This document shows, one piece after another, positions 14,403-27,577 of a stretch of 64,000 bases of DNA. The notes beneath the pieces are model-generated. The model was not told the DNA's origin, ran no database searches, and saw only the letters and a program-made list of their open reading frames with translations. Origin of the DNA: Eledone cirrhosa (Eukaryota); NCBI GenBank assembly GCA_964016885.1, contig OZ024748.1:59086001-59150000 (forward strand), read 5' to 3'. Made by a program: the position numbers and the translations under genes. Positions within the stretch are counted from its first letter, which is position 1. Every line of letters begins with the position of its first letter.

Positions 14403-15432
14403 TGACATAATCAGTTACCCCGGTTTACCTCCATCACCTTGCCCTTTAGAGCCTTCAGTAAAGTCAATTTTATTGTAAACATGTGGGAACAACGTCATCT
14501 ATTTTGCCCAAACTCAGAAAATAATCTTAGGCTCTGCCAGACCTCCATGCCCCACTTTACCTAGCATAAGAAGAAAATAAAAAGATGTGTATTTCCCCTT
14601 ACTACAATGCTTTCGCTGCTATTTTTTGTAGATCAAGTGACTACGTAAAGGTTCTTTCCTTGAATGTATCACAAGCATTTTGTTATCGTATTGTTAGCTT
14701 CGGAGGGAAAGTGCTATAAATTATTTATATACGGCTTGATCATATAACATTGATAGTTATAGTTTTTTTTAGTATCATGATTAATACCATAAACAAAATT
14801 ATCGATGATTATAAGAAAATATCGGAAAATCTTTATTTCAATAGATTTATTTTTAAAATAAAAAGTATAAATAGAAAATATAGCAGACACTGTTGGAAAA
14901 TATAATCTTCTTCAAGCAAAAAAATATATATATATTTAAATCATTTACTCTTTTACTCTTTTACCAGTACCAGCTATCCGGCTGAGGCCATGCTGGGGCA
15001 CCACCCTTATTAAGAAAATAAAATACCATTATTAAGAGAATACATGAAGCAAATGTAAACGTAATAAAAACAAAAAGGGCAATAGACATATATAAAGTCA
15101 GAGGTTGTGACGAAAGAAATTTCAGGAAGCAATTAATTAATTTGTTGCTTAATTAACTGTTTGACTGATTAATTATCTGATTCATGATATTGAAATGAAA
15201 AAATCAATTAGTGTATGTATTGGCCTCTGACTGTCAATAGGTCAGTGCTTCCCTTGCGCTCTCCTGGAATTTGAAACAGGCGAAATTATTAAGACATCAG
15301 CTATTCAGTAGCCATAGTGAGGAGGTTTTGAAAATGTTTATTCGTAAACAAACCGGATATCATTAGATATATAAAATGCACATACTTATATGTAAACAGC
15401 TATGTCGGAGCGGAAACTTTATATATATATAC

Positions 15433-15473
<41 letters not shown>

Positions 15474-15613
15474 GTGTGTATACACATAGATACTCATATA
15501 TATATGTATATATATATATATAATGTATATATATATATGTGTGTGTATACACATACATACTCAAATATATATATATATATGTGTGTATACACATAGACAC
15601 TCATATTTATATA

Positions 15614-16397
15614 TACAGAGTTGTGTAAGAAAAGTTCCAGGACTGATGTCACAAAAGATTTATTTCAAACCCAAACTTCACATAAGAGTTTTCTCCTTCA
15701 AAGTAATGCCCTTGAAGTCTAATGACTTTTCCATCCTTTTCTGCCACGCTTGCATGCACTCCTGGAAGGATTCTTCCGGGATCCTCTGCAGTTCCGTCGT
15801 CACGGCCTTTTTGATGTCGTCCTCGTCTTCAAACGGGTCCCCTCCGAGTCGTACTCTAAGATCCATGACTCGTCACCGGTAATGACTGTCCCTAGCAAGT
15901 CTGTTTCGGTTTCAAGACGCTCGAAGATGTCCTGGCACACTTGCATGCCTCGACCCTTCTGGTCATCGTTCAGCAGTTTTGGCACCATCTTCGCGCAGAC
16001 TTTCCGGATGACCTAATCTTCAGTGAGAATCTTCCAGACGCTGTCCCGATTCATGCCCAGCTCATTTGCCATCAATAGAACAGTCAGCCAACGGTCGCTA
16101 CGCACCATCTGCCTGATGCGCTCAACGTTGACCTCAGTCCTGGTTGTTGAGCAATCCCAGTGCTTCTGACGGAGTTTTCAAGTTTGTTCATTGCTCTGTG
16201 GTCATTGCTTGACGACCTGAAACAGAGAGCATATATATAAAATTATGAAGAAAAAAGATTGATCGTTGAGAGAGCTAAGATTTCAGTTACATACTCCAGG
16301 GGGATTACTTTGAAGGAGAAAAATCTTAGTGTGAAGTTTGGGTTTGAAATAAATCTTTTGTGACATCAATCCTGGAACGTTTCTGACACACCTCGTA
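15614..16397 (-). mobile_element. Internally deleted mariner element (transposase pseudogene) with ~105-bp terminal inverted repeats
   Basis: Translation fragments RKVCAKMVPKLL..VITGDESWILEYD and FEDEDDIKKAVTTELQRIPEESFQECMQAWQKRM. TA termini; 15614-15718 mirrors 16293-16397. Confidence 0.88.
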
Positions 16398-16559
16398 TGT
16401 ATCTATATATACTATAGAGTAAAGCATGTCCAGAGAATTATTTGATAATATATATACATCACTTCTACTCCCAATCAGCATAATTAACCACACAAAATAT
16501 CAATTACACCAGGCTATAAGAATAAAGGGCTCCTATGAAGAAACAGTAAATAAATACGC

Positions 16560-16590
<31 letters not shown>

Positions 16591-17364
16591 TATATATATA
16601 TATATAATATATATGTGTGTGAGTGTATACATATATATATACATCTGTGTGTGTGTGTGTGTATACATATGTAACCCATATGTCTGCGTCGACACATGGG
16701 TACATACCAACGAGATCTTTTATTAGTATATATAGACACCAAACCGTCTAGCGACAATCAGCCCCTACACCGCCCGTCACCCACCTCAACCTACGTCCGG
16801 CACCACCAACCAATCACCACACTCATCCCCCACATACACTACAGGAAAAATCATCCCTCTGAATTAACCCACCAATCAAAACAAATTTCACTGACCATCA
16901 TAGGAACATCAGACATTCTCATGCACTATATATAATCATTTAATCATATTTTCATTACCATTATATACCAGTTCGTTGTTTTGAATATACAACACAACGA
17001 ACAGCGGAGGACGCGTTTCGCACCTTTCCGACAGACAACCTTTCCTCCACCCCGGAAAAAGCCCCCAGTTGATGGATGTGAATCCGAAATATATAGGGAC
17101 AATTAAATCTCTCCCAAGGTAACTCTCTCTCGTGTTGTTATTTTATTTTATCCTTTATGCTCTTTCCTTCATTCCTCTACACGTCCTATACACGCCACGC
17201 ATCTCAACGTAGACCTACTTACATCTCTCTCTCCACCACCGGATCTTGTTACCCGGAGATTTACCCATTTGCATTGCCAAGGCTTCCAAACGACTTAAAG
17301 AAATTTACCTTATAATTCCACAATGCTTCAAGCAAACTTCAATACTCTTATATATATATATATA

Positions 17365-17533
17365 GTGACGAAACATAAGTCAAATGCATCAACTCATAAT
17401 CCTTTATTTACTGCTATATATATTTCGATGATAGCCATTTGAATGGCTATGACCTCATCAGGCAGTTAGTCAGTTCTTAGATATGCCAGCTCTGTGTTTA
17501 TGGTGTTGATGGTTTTAGAGCCTTGGGACATAT
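17365..17533 (-). mobile_element. HHR-bearing short element next to (TA)n (copy 1; copy 2 at 33001-33166)
   Basis: Two near-identical copies of about 165 bp with the same left end abutting (TA)n. Confidence 0.8.
17410..17466 (-). ncRNA. Type I hammerhead ribozyme motif
   Basis: Minus strand: acugc CUGAUGA ggu c auagccau ucaa auggcuau c auc GAAA u auau AUA gcagu, then AAUAAA. Stem I is perfect and stem III is palindromic. Confidence 0.8.
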
Positions 17534-17631
17534 CTATCTGCATACTGAAGTATTGGATTTTACCAACACTTTCTTGCTTATATATATATATATTGGAAAA
17601 TGTGTGTAATCCTTGGTACAGTTAGGTTTAT

Positions 17632-17885
17632 TAAGACAGGGGGGAAGAAAAAAATGGCTTCACTTGTGCTTTCAACAAATTTATTTTCTTCACAAAATCC
17701 CAAAAGAATTTTTTTCCAGATTAGAAAAAGTTTTTTAAAAAAATTTTATAAATTGAGTCACGACTCAATTTATAAAATTTTTATTTTTTTATTTTTTCTA
17801 ATCCGGAAAAAAATTATTTTTGGATTTTGTGAAGAAAATAAATTTGTTGAAAGCACAAGTGAAGCCATTCTTTTCTTCCCCCTGT

Positions 17886-17889
<4 letters not shown>
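17632..17889. repeat. Long inverted repeat with ~125-bp arms next to (TA)n
   Basis: Arms centred on GAGTC-AC-GACTC at about 17760. Confidence 0.85.
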
Positions 17890-17947
<58 letters not shown>

Positions 17948-18052
17948 AGGGAGTGTAACGTGAAGTTACTTTAGATTCACCCGGGTGAGCACTCGAGGCT
18001 TCGGTTCACGTCAGTGCCGAGGTGTAGAGCTAGACAGAGTGTAATAAAACAA

Positions 18053-18223
18053 TTGTTTCTACTTTTGGCACAAGGCCAGCAATTACCCAGTACATTACTG
18101 TTACTTTATTTTATCGACTCCATAAGGATGAAAGGCAAAGGTAACCTCGGTGGGATTTGAACTCTGATCGTAAAGGGACGTAACTACGCTGGAAAGCATG
18201 TCCGGCCTTCTACCGATACTGCC
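18053..18223 (-). mobile_element. tRNA-derived SINE (octopus-like family A)
   Basis: Reverse complement of TGGCAGTATCGGTAGA..GAGTTCAAATCC..CTTTGCCTTTCATCCTTA..GTCGATAAAATAAAGTA..GCTGGCCTTGTGCCAAAA. Confidence 0.8.
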
Positions 18224-18367
18224 AAAGGACGATTCGTTAAGCCTTCATTACGGTTGATTGGTGATGCTGCGCGTTTCGCTATTGATTATCCGAAGGTTCG
18301 ATGTGTATCGATCCAGTCGAACTGTGGAATCAAAAGCTTGTCGGACTTCTGCTGTTGCAATGACAGA

Positions 18368-18407
<40 letters not shown>

Positions 18408-18411
<4 letters not shown>

Positions 18412-18585
18412 AAGTTTATCCCGGGTTCAACCACAGTAAGTAAAGTACTCAATACATAGCAGAGTATAAATATTTAATATAGAAATGTCTTCTACAGGAT
18501 CAGAACGTTTCACTCGGGAGAAATCATCATAGCTTCCTGATGATTTCTCCTGAGTGAAACGGTTCTGGTCCTGTAGAAGCCACTT

Positions 18586-18591
<6 letters not shown>
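18408..18591 (-). mobile_element. Penelope-like remnant with fold-back at a truncated HHR (same family as 36124-36306)
   Basis: Inverted arms 18489-18529 and 18538-18579 containing (C)TGATGA-TTTCTCC(T/C)GAGT-GAAAC. The tail TATACTCTGCTATGTATTGAGTAC is shared with about 36241. Confidence 0.7.
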
Positions 18592-18624
<33 letters not shown>

Positions 18625-18628
18625 CAAT

Positions 18629-18676
18629 CAATCTGTGAACGCAGAAGTAAATATTTACTTCTGCGTTCACAGATTG
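18629..18676. repeat. 48-bp perfect palindrome
   Basis: CAATCTGTGAACGCAGAAGTAAAT|ATTTACTTCTGCGTTCACAGATTG. Confidence 0.9.
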
Positions 18677-18857
18677 CTTGTTTTTTTTTTTAGTTTCAGA
18701 AGATCCCGTTAAGGGTGAAAGCAGCGATTCTTTGCTTAAACTTTAATCTGTTATTTTAATAAATATTTGGTCTGAGGTTCTTATATATTTGATATATATT
18801 TATCCTTATCGAGCCCTCTTTGGATTTTAGTCTTCACATTTATTATTATTATTACTA

Positions 18858-18978
18858 GTGGCAGTATCGGTAGAGCGTCGGACGCCATGCTTTGCAGCAA
18901 AGAGTTACGGCCCTTTATGGTCTGAGTTCAAATCTCGCCGAGGTTAACTTTGCCTTTCATCCTTACGGGGTCGATAAG
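18858..18978 (+). mobile_element. SINE family A, 3'-truncated
   Basis: GGCAGTATCGGTAGAGCGTCGG..CTGAGTTCAAAT..GTTAACTTTGCCTTTCATCCTTACGGGGTCGATAA. Confidence 0.8.
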
Positions 18979-19019
18979 GTAACATGTAAATAAACAAATA
19001 AATAAATGAACATAAACAC

Positions 19020-19328
19020 ACACAGACACCCGGATGTGGCGCATGCGCAGACTGAGCACAACACACGCACAGAAACAAAATGGCGTAGGACAGAACAAAG
19101 GAGAGGCACAGAAACAAAGAAAGGAATCCCCAGTCACTGAAGAGGTCACAGAGTGTGTGACGAAAGAACTATGACTATATATAAACAACTATCTGGTTGT
19201 GGAACCAACCAACCAACCAACCAGAAATTTATAAATTTATAAATTTATTATAAATTTATTATAATAAATTGAAGTGAAAGCAACTGGTGCGTGTGTTTCT
19301 TATTGGCAACATGACCCTCCCAAAGTAT

Positions 19329-19335
<7 letters not shown>
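19020..19335 (+). mobile_element. HHR-bearing Penelope-like pLTR remnant (copy 2 at 27245-27567)
   Basis: About 250 bp shared with 27323-27567; ends in (TA)n. Confidence 0.75.
19132..19176 (+). ncRNA. Type I hammerhead ribozyme motif
   Basis: aguca CUGAAGA g gucac agagugu gugac GAAA g aa CUA ugacu. Stems I and II are both perfect 5-bp helices. Confidence 0.8.
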
Positions 19336-19362
<27 letters not shown>

Positions 19363-19889
19363 GTATATAAATGTATATATATATATATATATAAATGTAT
19401 ATATATATATATATGAATATATATCTAAGGCGGGTAAAATTCCCGAGATCCATGGACGAGTTCTCTCCAGCGGTCTCTGTCCCTCATTATCGCTGCCATG
19501 TCCTGCATCTCCAACAGACCAGTGTCTGTCCTTATATATATATCGTTTCAGTATCCGTTTTGCAAGATTCTTGCTATGAAATTATAAGAAACAGGCAGTT
19601 CATGAAGTTAACGTGCAAATATCTGAACAGTGCCACAGACATGCACACGCTTAACGTAGTTCTCAGGGAGATTCAGTTTGATACATGGCTGTGGAACTAG
19701 GCTGGACATTTCAATTACCGGTACAACACATATTCGGCTAGCTGAGTTAACTGGAGCAGCTCGCAATAGTATGTTTCCTGTGTGTCTGTGTGTGCGTATA
19801 GTTCTGCGAACATTGACACGTTTAGCCTATGACCAATATATCTGGGAGCCAGTCTAATGTCACTTTGACATTATCATGAAGACGATCGA

Positions 19890-21928
<2,039 letters not shown>

Positions 21929-21932
<4 letters not shown>

Positions 21933-22707
21933 TTAGCCCTTCATTGGTATTTCATCGCTTTAAAGACCATATACCTCTGGTTGGTGCGAGCAACGGCTAA
22001 AGAAAGTCGTTGGGACACGTAAATAGGGGGAACGAGCGAGACAGTAAACAAACAAAGATGGTAATGCAACGAAAAGTGAGGAAGAAGGAGTCAAGTCCCT
22101 GAAATCGATGAACATAAGTTCTGTGAAATCGTAGACGAGAGAGAATAAAGACCATCCGACCTGGTCGAAGTGTGAGTGAGGAAAGTATCTCGCACATGTT
22201 AAACGGGAGGAAGTAAGAGAGGGAGTAGCAGAGAGTGAAAGTGTGAGGAAGAGGCTAACAGAGAGAGTGACTGGCAGATGGGTAAAAAGAAAGTGAGACA
22301 TACAGAGAAAGGGGAAACAGTAAGAAAGAAACAGACGGGTCACAGCGAAGGAAAATATATAAATATATGAAAATATGGCGTGCTGCGTTGTTGCAAATGG
22401 GTTACATATGAATAAATTTAGTCCTTTATCAGTGATCTTCCAGCCTTCATTGGTATTTCATCGCTTTAAAGACCATATACTGTCTCGCTCGTTCCCCCTA
22501 TTTACGTGTCCCAACGACTTTCTTTAGCCGTTGCTCGCACCAACCAGAGGTATATGGTCTTTAAAGCGATGAAATACCAATGAAGGCTGGAAGATCACTG
22601 ATGAAGGACTAAATTTATTCATATATGTATATATATATATATATATATAGTAATAATATATATTTGTGTATATAGTAATAATAATAATAATGATAATAAT
22701 AATAATG

Positions 22708-22745
<38 letters not shown>

Positions 22746-23360
22746 ATAATAATATATATTTGTGTATATAGTAATAATAATAATGTATATATATATGTAT
22801 ATATATATATATCTATCTATATATATATATATATATATAACATGAAAAGAAAGAAGAATACTGCGTGGTTTGCACATGGTTTACATATGATAAAAATTGT
22901 CCTTCGTCAGTGATTTTCCAACCATCATTGGTATTTCATCGCATTAAAAATCAGATACCTCAGGTTGGTGCGAGCAATAATCTAAAAAGAGTTATTGGGA
23001 CCAGTAATCGCGTAAAGCGAGGGGGACAAGTGAACAACATAGAAAGATAAAAACAAACCAAAGAAAGGAAATAAGGAAATAAACAAGCAACATGGTAGTC
23101 CTGGTCAGCATAAACTGGGTGGATTTCATGAGCGAAAAGTACAGACGTCCGACGTGAGTGAGATGTAAGCAAGAAGAGGCCCACTGTTAGCCAAACGGGA
23201 TGAAGTGAGAAGGGGAGAAACAGAGAGTGAGTGAGTGGAAGTGCGAGGAAACGGTCAGTCGAGAGAAAGTGTAACTGACAGAGGGGGCGAAAGAAGGTGA
23301 GAGAAACAGAGAGAGCGGGGAAGCAGTAAGAGAGAAACAGACAAACGCAGCCGAGGTAAA
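21929..23360. mobile_element. Cluster of related copies of an unclassified repeat, one with an internal inversion
   Basis: CATTGGTATTTCATCGC..GGTTGGTGCGAGCAA is seen near 21943, 22448 (partial), 22926 and inverted at 22479-22625. Copies are separated by (TA)n. Confidence 0.7.
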
Positions 23361-23440
23361 TATATATATATATACCCTGTGGAGCAACAAAAGTAGCAAC
23401 AACAAACAACTAAAATTTGAATAAACATTTTATTAGCATG

Positions 23441-24400
23441 CTAGCATTAAAGCCCGGCGTTGCTCGGGGTCATTAAGTTACCAAAGTTAGGTTGCACCAC
23501 CCATTTTATGACAGCACTTTTTTGTCTGCCAGGCACTGGGTGAATGAATTGCAGACCTGGAAGCAGGAGCTGCGCCAGCAGTGACAATTGTAGTTTCGCC
23601 TATGGATATTATCTCTGTGCAAAAAAGTGTTGAAATTTATTGTTTCACAGTACTTGCGCAACACGCGCGTAGACGATGCCAGCCGAACAACAGAGCTGCG
23701 ATGGAGTTGTTCTGCATGGTTGTCTGTGTGTTTTCTAAATTTAAGACAGTAGGGAGTGGTGTGATATGGGGGAGAGTTAGCTGCTGTTTCTAGCAGTTTT
23801 AGTGACCTCATAGAAGATATGTTTTCTAAATTTAAGACATTAGGGAGGGGTGTGATATGGGGGAGAGTTAGCTGCTGTTTCTAGCAGGTTTAGTGACCTC
23901 ATAGAGGATATTATTGTTTATCATTATCTATAAAAGGCAGATTGTTGTTGTTGTTGTTGAAGTGAGTGTGTGTTTGTATGCGTTTGGAAAAGAGGTTTTA
24001 AAAAAGATTTATCGCTTGTTGTTGAATAAATGTATCTGTATAAAAGAGAAAGTAGCAAAATGTGTGGGTTGTAGTTAGAGGAAGCAGATGATATGAGAGT
24101 AAAACGGACAGTGTCACCATCAAGCTTGGAAAGAGAAAGTAGCAGAGTAGTATGAAGTTGTATAGATTTTGAATGATAGTGGAAAGAGTTTAGCAGTTTA
24201 AATGACAGAGAAAAATCGTAAAATATTGAGTTTTATCTATTTTTTGCGTAATTGTGGGTGAAATTGAAAAAGTTATCTGTGCCAAAACGCAATCGAAGCT
24301 ATTTCGAATACTGAATTGTAAATTTCAATTGAAGAAATTCTATATCGTAAATTTCTATAAGAAAGGAGCATGACCACACACTGAGCTTTATAGATTTTGA
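23441..24400 (-). mobile_element. Non-autonomous Helitron-like element
   Basis: Minus-strand 3' end CCCGAGCAACGCCGGG..GCTAG, the same as at 29165. Internal 91-bp duplication at 23730-23911. The 5' boundary is approximate. Confidence 0.55.
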
Positions 24401-24449
24401 TTACAGAAATGTATGTATATGTTGCCAACTGTATCAGTACCAACCAATA

Positions 24450-24940
24450 TTAGTAGTAGTAGTAGTAGTTGATGGTAGTGGTTGTAGTAGTGGTGGTAGT
24501 AGTTGCTGTAATAGTAACAGTGGTCACGGTGGTGGTGGTAGTAGTAGTGTTAATGGTGGTAGTAGTAGTTGTAATATTGACGGTGGTGGTAGTGGTGGTT
24601 GTAGTCATGGTGGTAGTAGTAGTAACAGTGGTCACGGTGGTGGTTGTAGTAGTAGTAGTGGTAGTAGTAATGATGGTGGTAGTAGTAGTTGTAATAGTAA
24701 CAATGCCGGTAGTTGTAGTGGTTGTAGTAGTAATAGTGGAAGTAGTAATGGTAGTAGTAGTAGTAGTAGTAAAGGCGGTAGTGGTACTAATAGTATTAGC
24801 AACAGTGGTGGTGGTGGTAGTCATTCCGGTCTATGATATAACACAGCATGCGAACGAAGCCGTTGGCGATGATGATGATGATGATGAGAATAATGATGAT
24901 CGTGATGATCGTCATTATTATGATGATGATGATGATGAAT
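24450..24940. repeat. (GTA/GTG/GAT)n trinucleotide repeats
   Basis: Directly visible; source of the poly-T and poly-V ORFs. Confidence 0.95.
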
Positions 24941-25107
24941 GGAGTGCGGCCATGCGTGACGAAAGAAGCTGATGAAGATTGTGTTGGTGATTGTGATGTT
25001 GGTGTTTGTAAGGTGGCAATGGCGGAATTTGATGCATTCCTGCTATTTCAAGCGTTAAACTAATATATTTCGTTCATGTACTGTGCCGCTTGTTTTTGTT
25101 ATTTCTG

Positions 25108-25143
<36 letters not shown>

Positions 25144-25147
<4 letters not shown>

Positions 25148-25421
25148 GAGGTTATATTTAATTTGTTGGGATACAACAAGCTAAAATATTTTTATAACTG
25201 ATATAAAGCACTCAACAAATTATTGGAGTAAATATACAATATATTAACAAATGGAAACTATATTTATAAAACCATATTTATTTTATTATACATATTTCAA
25301 GGGCCACCAAGGCAGATTATGTATAATATAATAAATATGGTTTTATAAATATAGTTTCCATTTGTTAATATATTGTATATTTACTTCAATAATTTGTTGA
25401 GTGCTTTATATCAGTTATAAA
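25144..25421. mobile_element. Second copy of the 6831-7130 family with ~105-bp inverted arms
   Basis: Arms at about 25190-25294 and 25318-25421. The spacer corresponds to the HHR GAAA/stem II region of the 6873 copy. Confidence 0.7.
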
Positions 25422-26039
25422 CCTGAATTTCTTGCAAGTTTTGACATCTTGCGCTATTATGTCTTTGACTATAATTAATCGGAAGTAGTTATGGTTATAA
25501 TTGTTAAGTCAGACAGTTTGCAGAAACTCAAGGAATCTCGGTAAAATATATGCATTCTTTTAAATTTTTGTCTCGACATATTTTTATATTTAGTTTTCTA
25601 CATAACGAATATATATATTCTATTTCGGTTTTCTGTTGTGGGTGGGCTTAGCTTCTATCTGAGCGTTGTCTGGTTTTTCTACCACCTTCATTTTAATAAA
25701 TTTTTGTTTACCTCACACAATTATAAACCTATAAGCTACTTAGGCTTTACGAATATTATCAACGAACAACACATATAGGTATTTTGTTGATGTCATACAC
25801 CGGTTTGACCGTAACCACCTTCCTCTATATCCTCTCTATTCCGTTTTATGATTTGCTCCTGTGCATAGGACATGTTATATTTCCATGATAGTTTTCAATG
25901 TTTCCCTTTGTCTTTTGTCCAATCTGATCATGTTCTTTTGGTTGTATCCAGAAAACTGCAAGTGTTGGATGAAGAGTTGTATGTGTATATCCAGCAGGAT
26001 TACAGTTCAGTAAAAGAATCCGCGTCTTGCCACATGCAG

Positions 26040-26271
26040 ACGATAATAGTTCGACACAGTTTACACTAACTTGAACGAAGCTCAGACAGATTCTAGAACA
26101 ACATAAGAGACAGAGCAGGACGGAGGCCCAATAACTTGGCAAATAATCGCAAACAACATGCGAAAGATCATCCAACGCATGAGAAATAGAGAGATTGTAA
26201 GCTATCCCACAGATAAGCCCGATAGGATGGCTGTAGACAGCCTGATCAATTACTCCACGCAAACAGCATGA
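26040..26271 (+). pseudogene. Possible Penelope-like ORF relic (region N-terminal to RT, DKG-like motif)
   Basis: With one frameshift it reads NIRDRAGRRPNNLANNRKQ/MRKIIQRMRNREIVSYPTDKPDRMAVDSLINY. This resembles the NL..EIV..(A/T)DK(G/S)..V...Y segment of PLE proteins. Confidence 0.4.
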
Positions 26272-26367
26272 AAAAGACTATTCCACAAGAGTATGATGTA
26301 TATATGTTACTGCACCTAATGAACTTTTTTAAATCTATATTGGTGGAGTTGATTTTAGGTTCAAATA

Positions 26368-26480
26368 GTTGTTTCTACCTTTGGCACAAGGCCGGCAATT
26401 ACCGAGTGCATTACTGGTACTTTATTTTATCGATCCCGTAAGGATGAAAGGCAAAGTTAACAGCAGCGCGGGATTTGAAC
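26368..26480 (-). mobile_element. SINE family A fragment
   Basis: TTGGCACAAGGCC..GGTACTTTATTTTATCGA..GGATGAAAGGCAAAGTTAA. Confidence 0.75.
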
Positions 26481-26739
26481 AAATAGTAACTTCCTTTAAC
26501 ACTTTGATTAACCTATACATTTGTCAGACAAACTAATTAATTACTGTACGTATTAATCAATATTTTAAAATATATATACTATATATATGTATATATATAA
26601 GCAAGATGTATGGTAGGTCGTACGTGAATCGCGATGATCACGCCTTACCTACCAAATATGCGACGGTAGCTAGTTAAGCAGAGCAGAAATATTAATGAAA
26701 AAGAACAAAGGGACTATTATGACATTATAACAAGTTTAT

Positions 26740-26786
26740 TGCCGACAGCCGTTTCGTCCGACCATATGGTGGGACTTTTCAAGGCA
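26740..26786 (-). ncRNA. Type I hammerhead ribozyme, U3-A8 core variant
   Basis: Minus strand: ugcc UUGAAAA gucc caccauaugguc ggac GAAA c ggcu GUC ggca, with an overlapping AAUAAA. Confidence 0.7.
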
Positions 26787-26886
26787 TATAACAGGTGATT
26801 GTAAGTTCATTATTTACATCAACGTTTCACTCAAGATTAGCAGTTTTAAATCGTGGTATACGTGAGATCTCACCACACCCCTTTGT

Positions 26887-26927
<41 letters not shown>

Positions 26928-26963
26928 TATATATATATATATATACACTATATATATATATAT

Positions 26964-27142
26964 ATAACAAAGGGGGTGTGGTGAGATACCAGGTGGACCA
27001 TAATGCACCAGAGTACTCAATGCTTAGAGTAGTAGTGTGGGTAATAGGAAAAGAGTCAGGACCCCGATGGCTGAGCTCCGGCCGTTTCGAACTGTTCGGA
27101 TCTAGCTGTCGAAACGGCCGGAGCTCAGCCGTCGGAGTCCTG
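26964..27142 (-). mobile_element. Family Y remnant with a 34-bp fold-back
   Basis: Reverse complement of the 6450-6534 and 55980-56063 sequence. Inverted repeat 27057-27090/27109-27142 containing CGAAACGGCCG. Confidence 0.6.
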
Positions 27143-27244
27143 CCATCGGTTTCAAGTTTCTACATTTATATATATATATATATATATTTCGTTTCTGAAT
27201 TTGTTTAGCAAGATTCTTTATCTGAAAACGTGTGTTGAAACCGA

Positions 27245-27567
27245 TATTGTTATATTTTCAGGGGGTCATGTTACCAATAAGAAACACACGCACCAGTTGC
27301 TTTCACTTCAATTTATTATAAAGATGGCGTAGGACAGAACAAAGGAGAGGCACAAAACAAAGAACAGAATCCCCAGTCACTGAAGAGGTCACCGAATGTG
27401 TGACGAAAGAACTTTGACAATATATGAACAATCGTCCGGTTGTGGAACCAACCAGGCGGAAATTTATAAATTTTTAAATTTATAATTTAATTTATAATAA
27501 ATTGAAGTGAAAGCAACTGGTGCGTGTGTTTCTTATTGGCAACATGACCCTCCCAAAAATAACAATA
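27245..27567 (+). mobile_element. HHR element preceded by an inverted copy of its own 3' end
   Basis: 27245-27322 is the near-perfect reverse complement of about 27490-27567. HHR at 27376-27418: guca CUGAAGA g gucac cgaaugu gugac GAAA gaa CUU ugac. Confidence 0.75.
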
Positions 27568-27577
27568 TATATATATA

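Noticed and set aside
18858-18940. tRNA genes at A/B-box-like motifs
   Set aside because: They are SINE heads followed by the shared SINE body; no cloverleaf could be formed.
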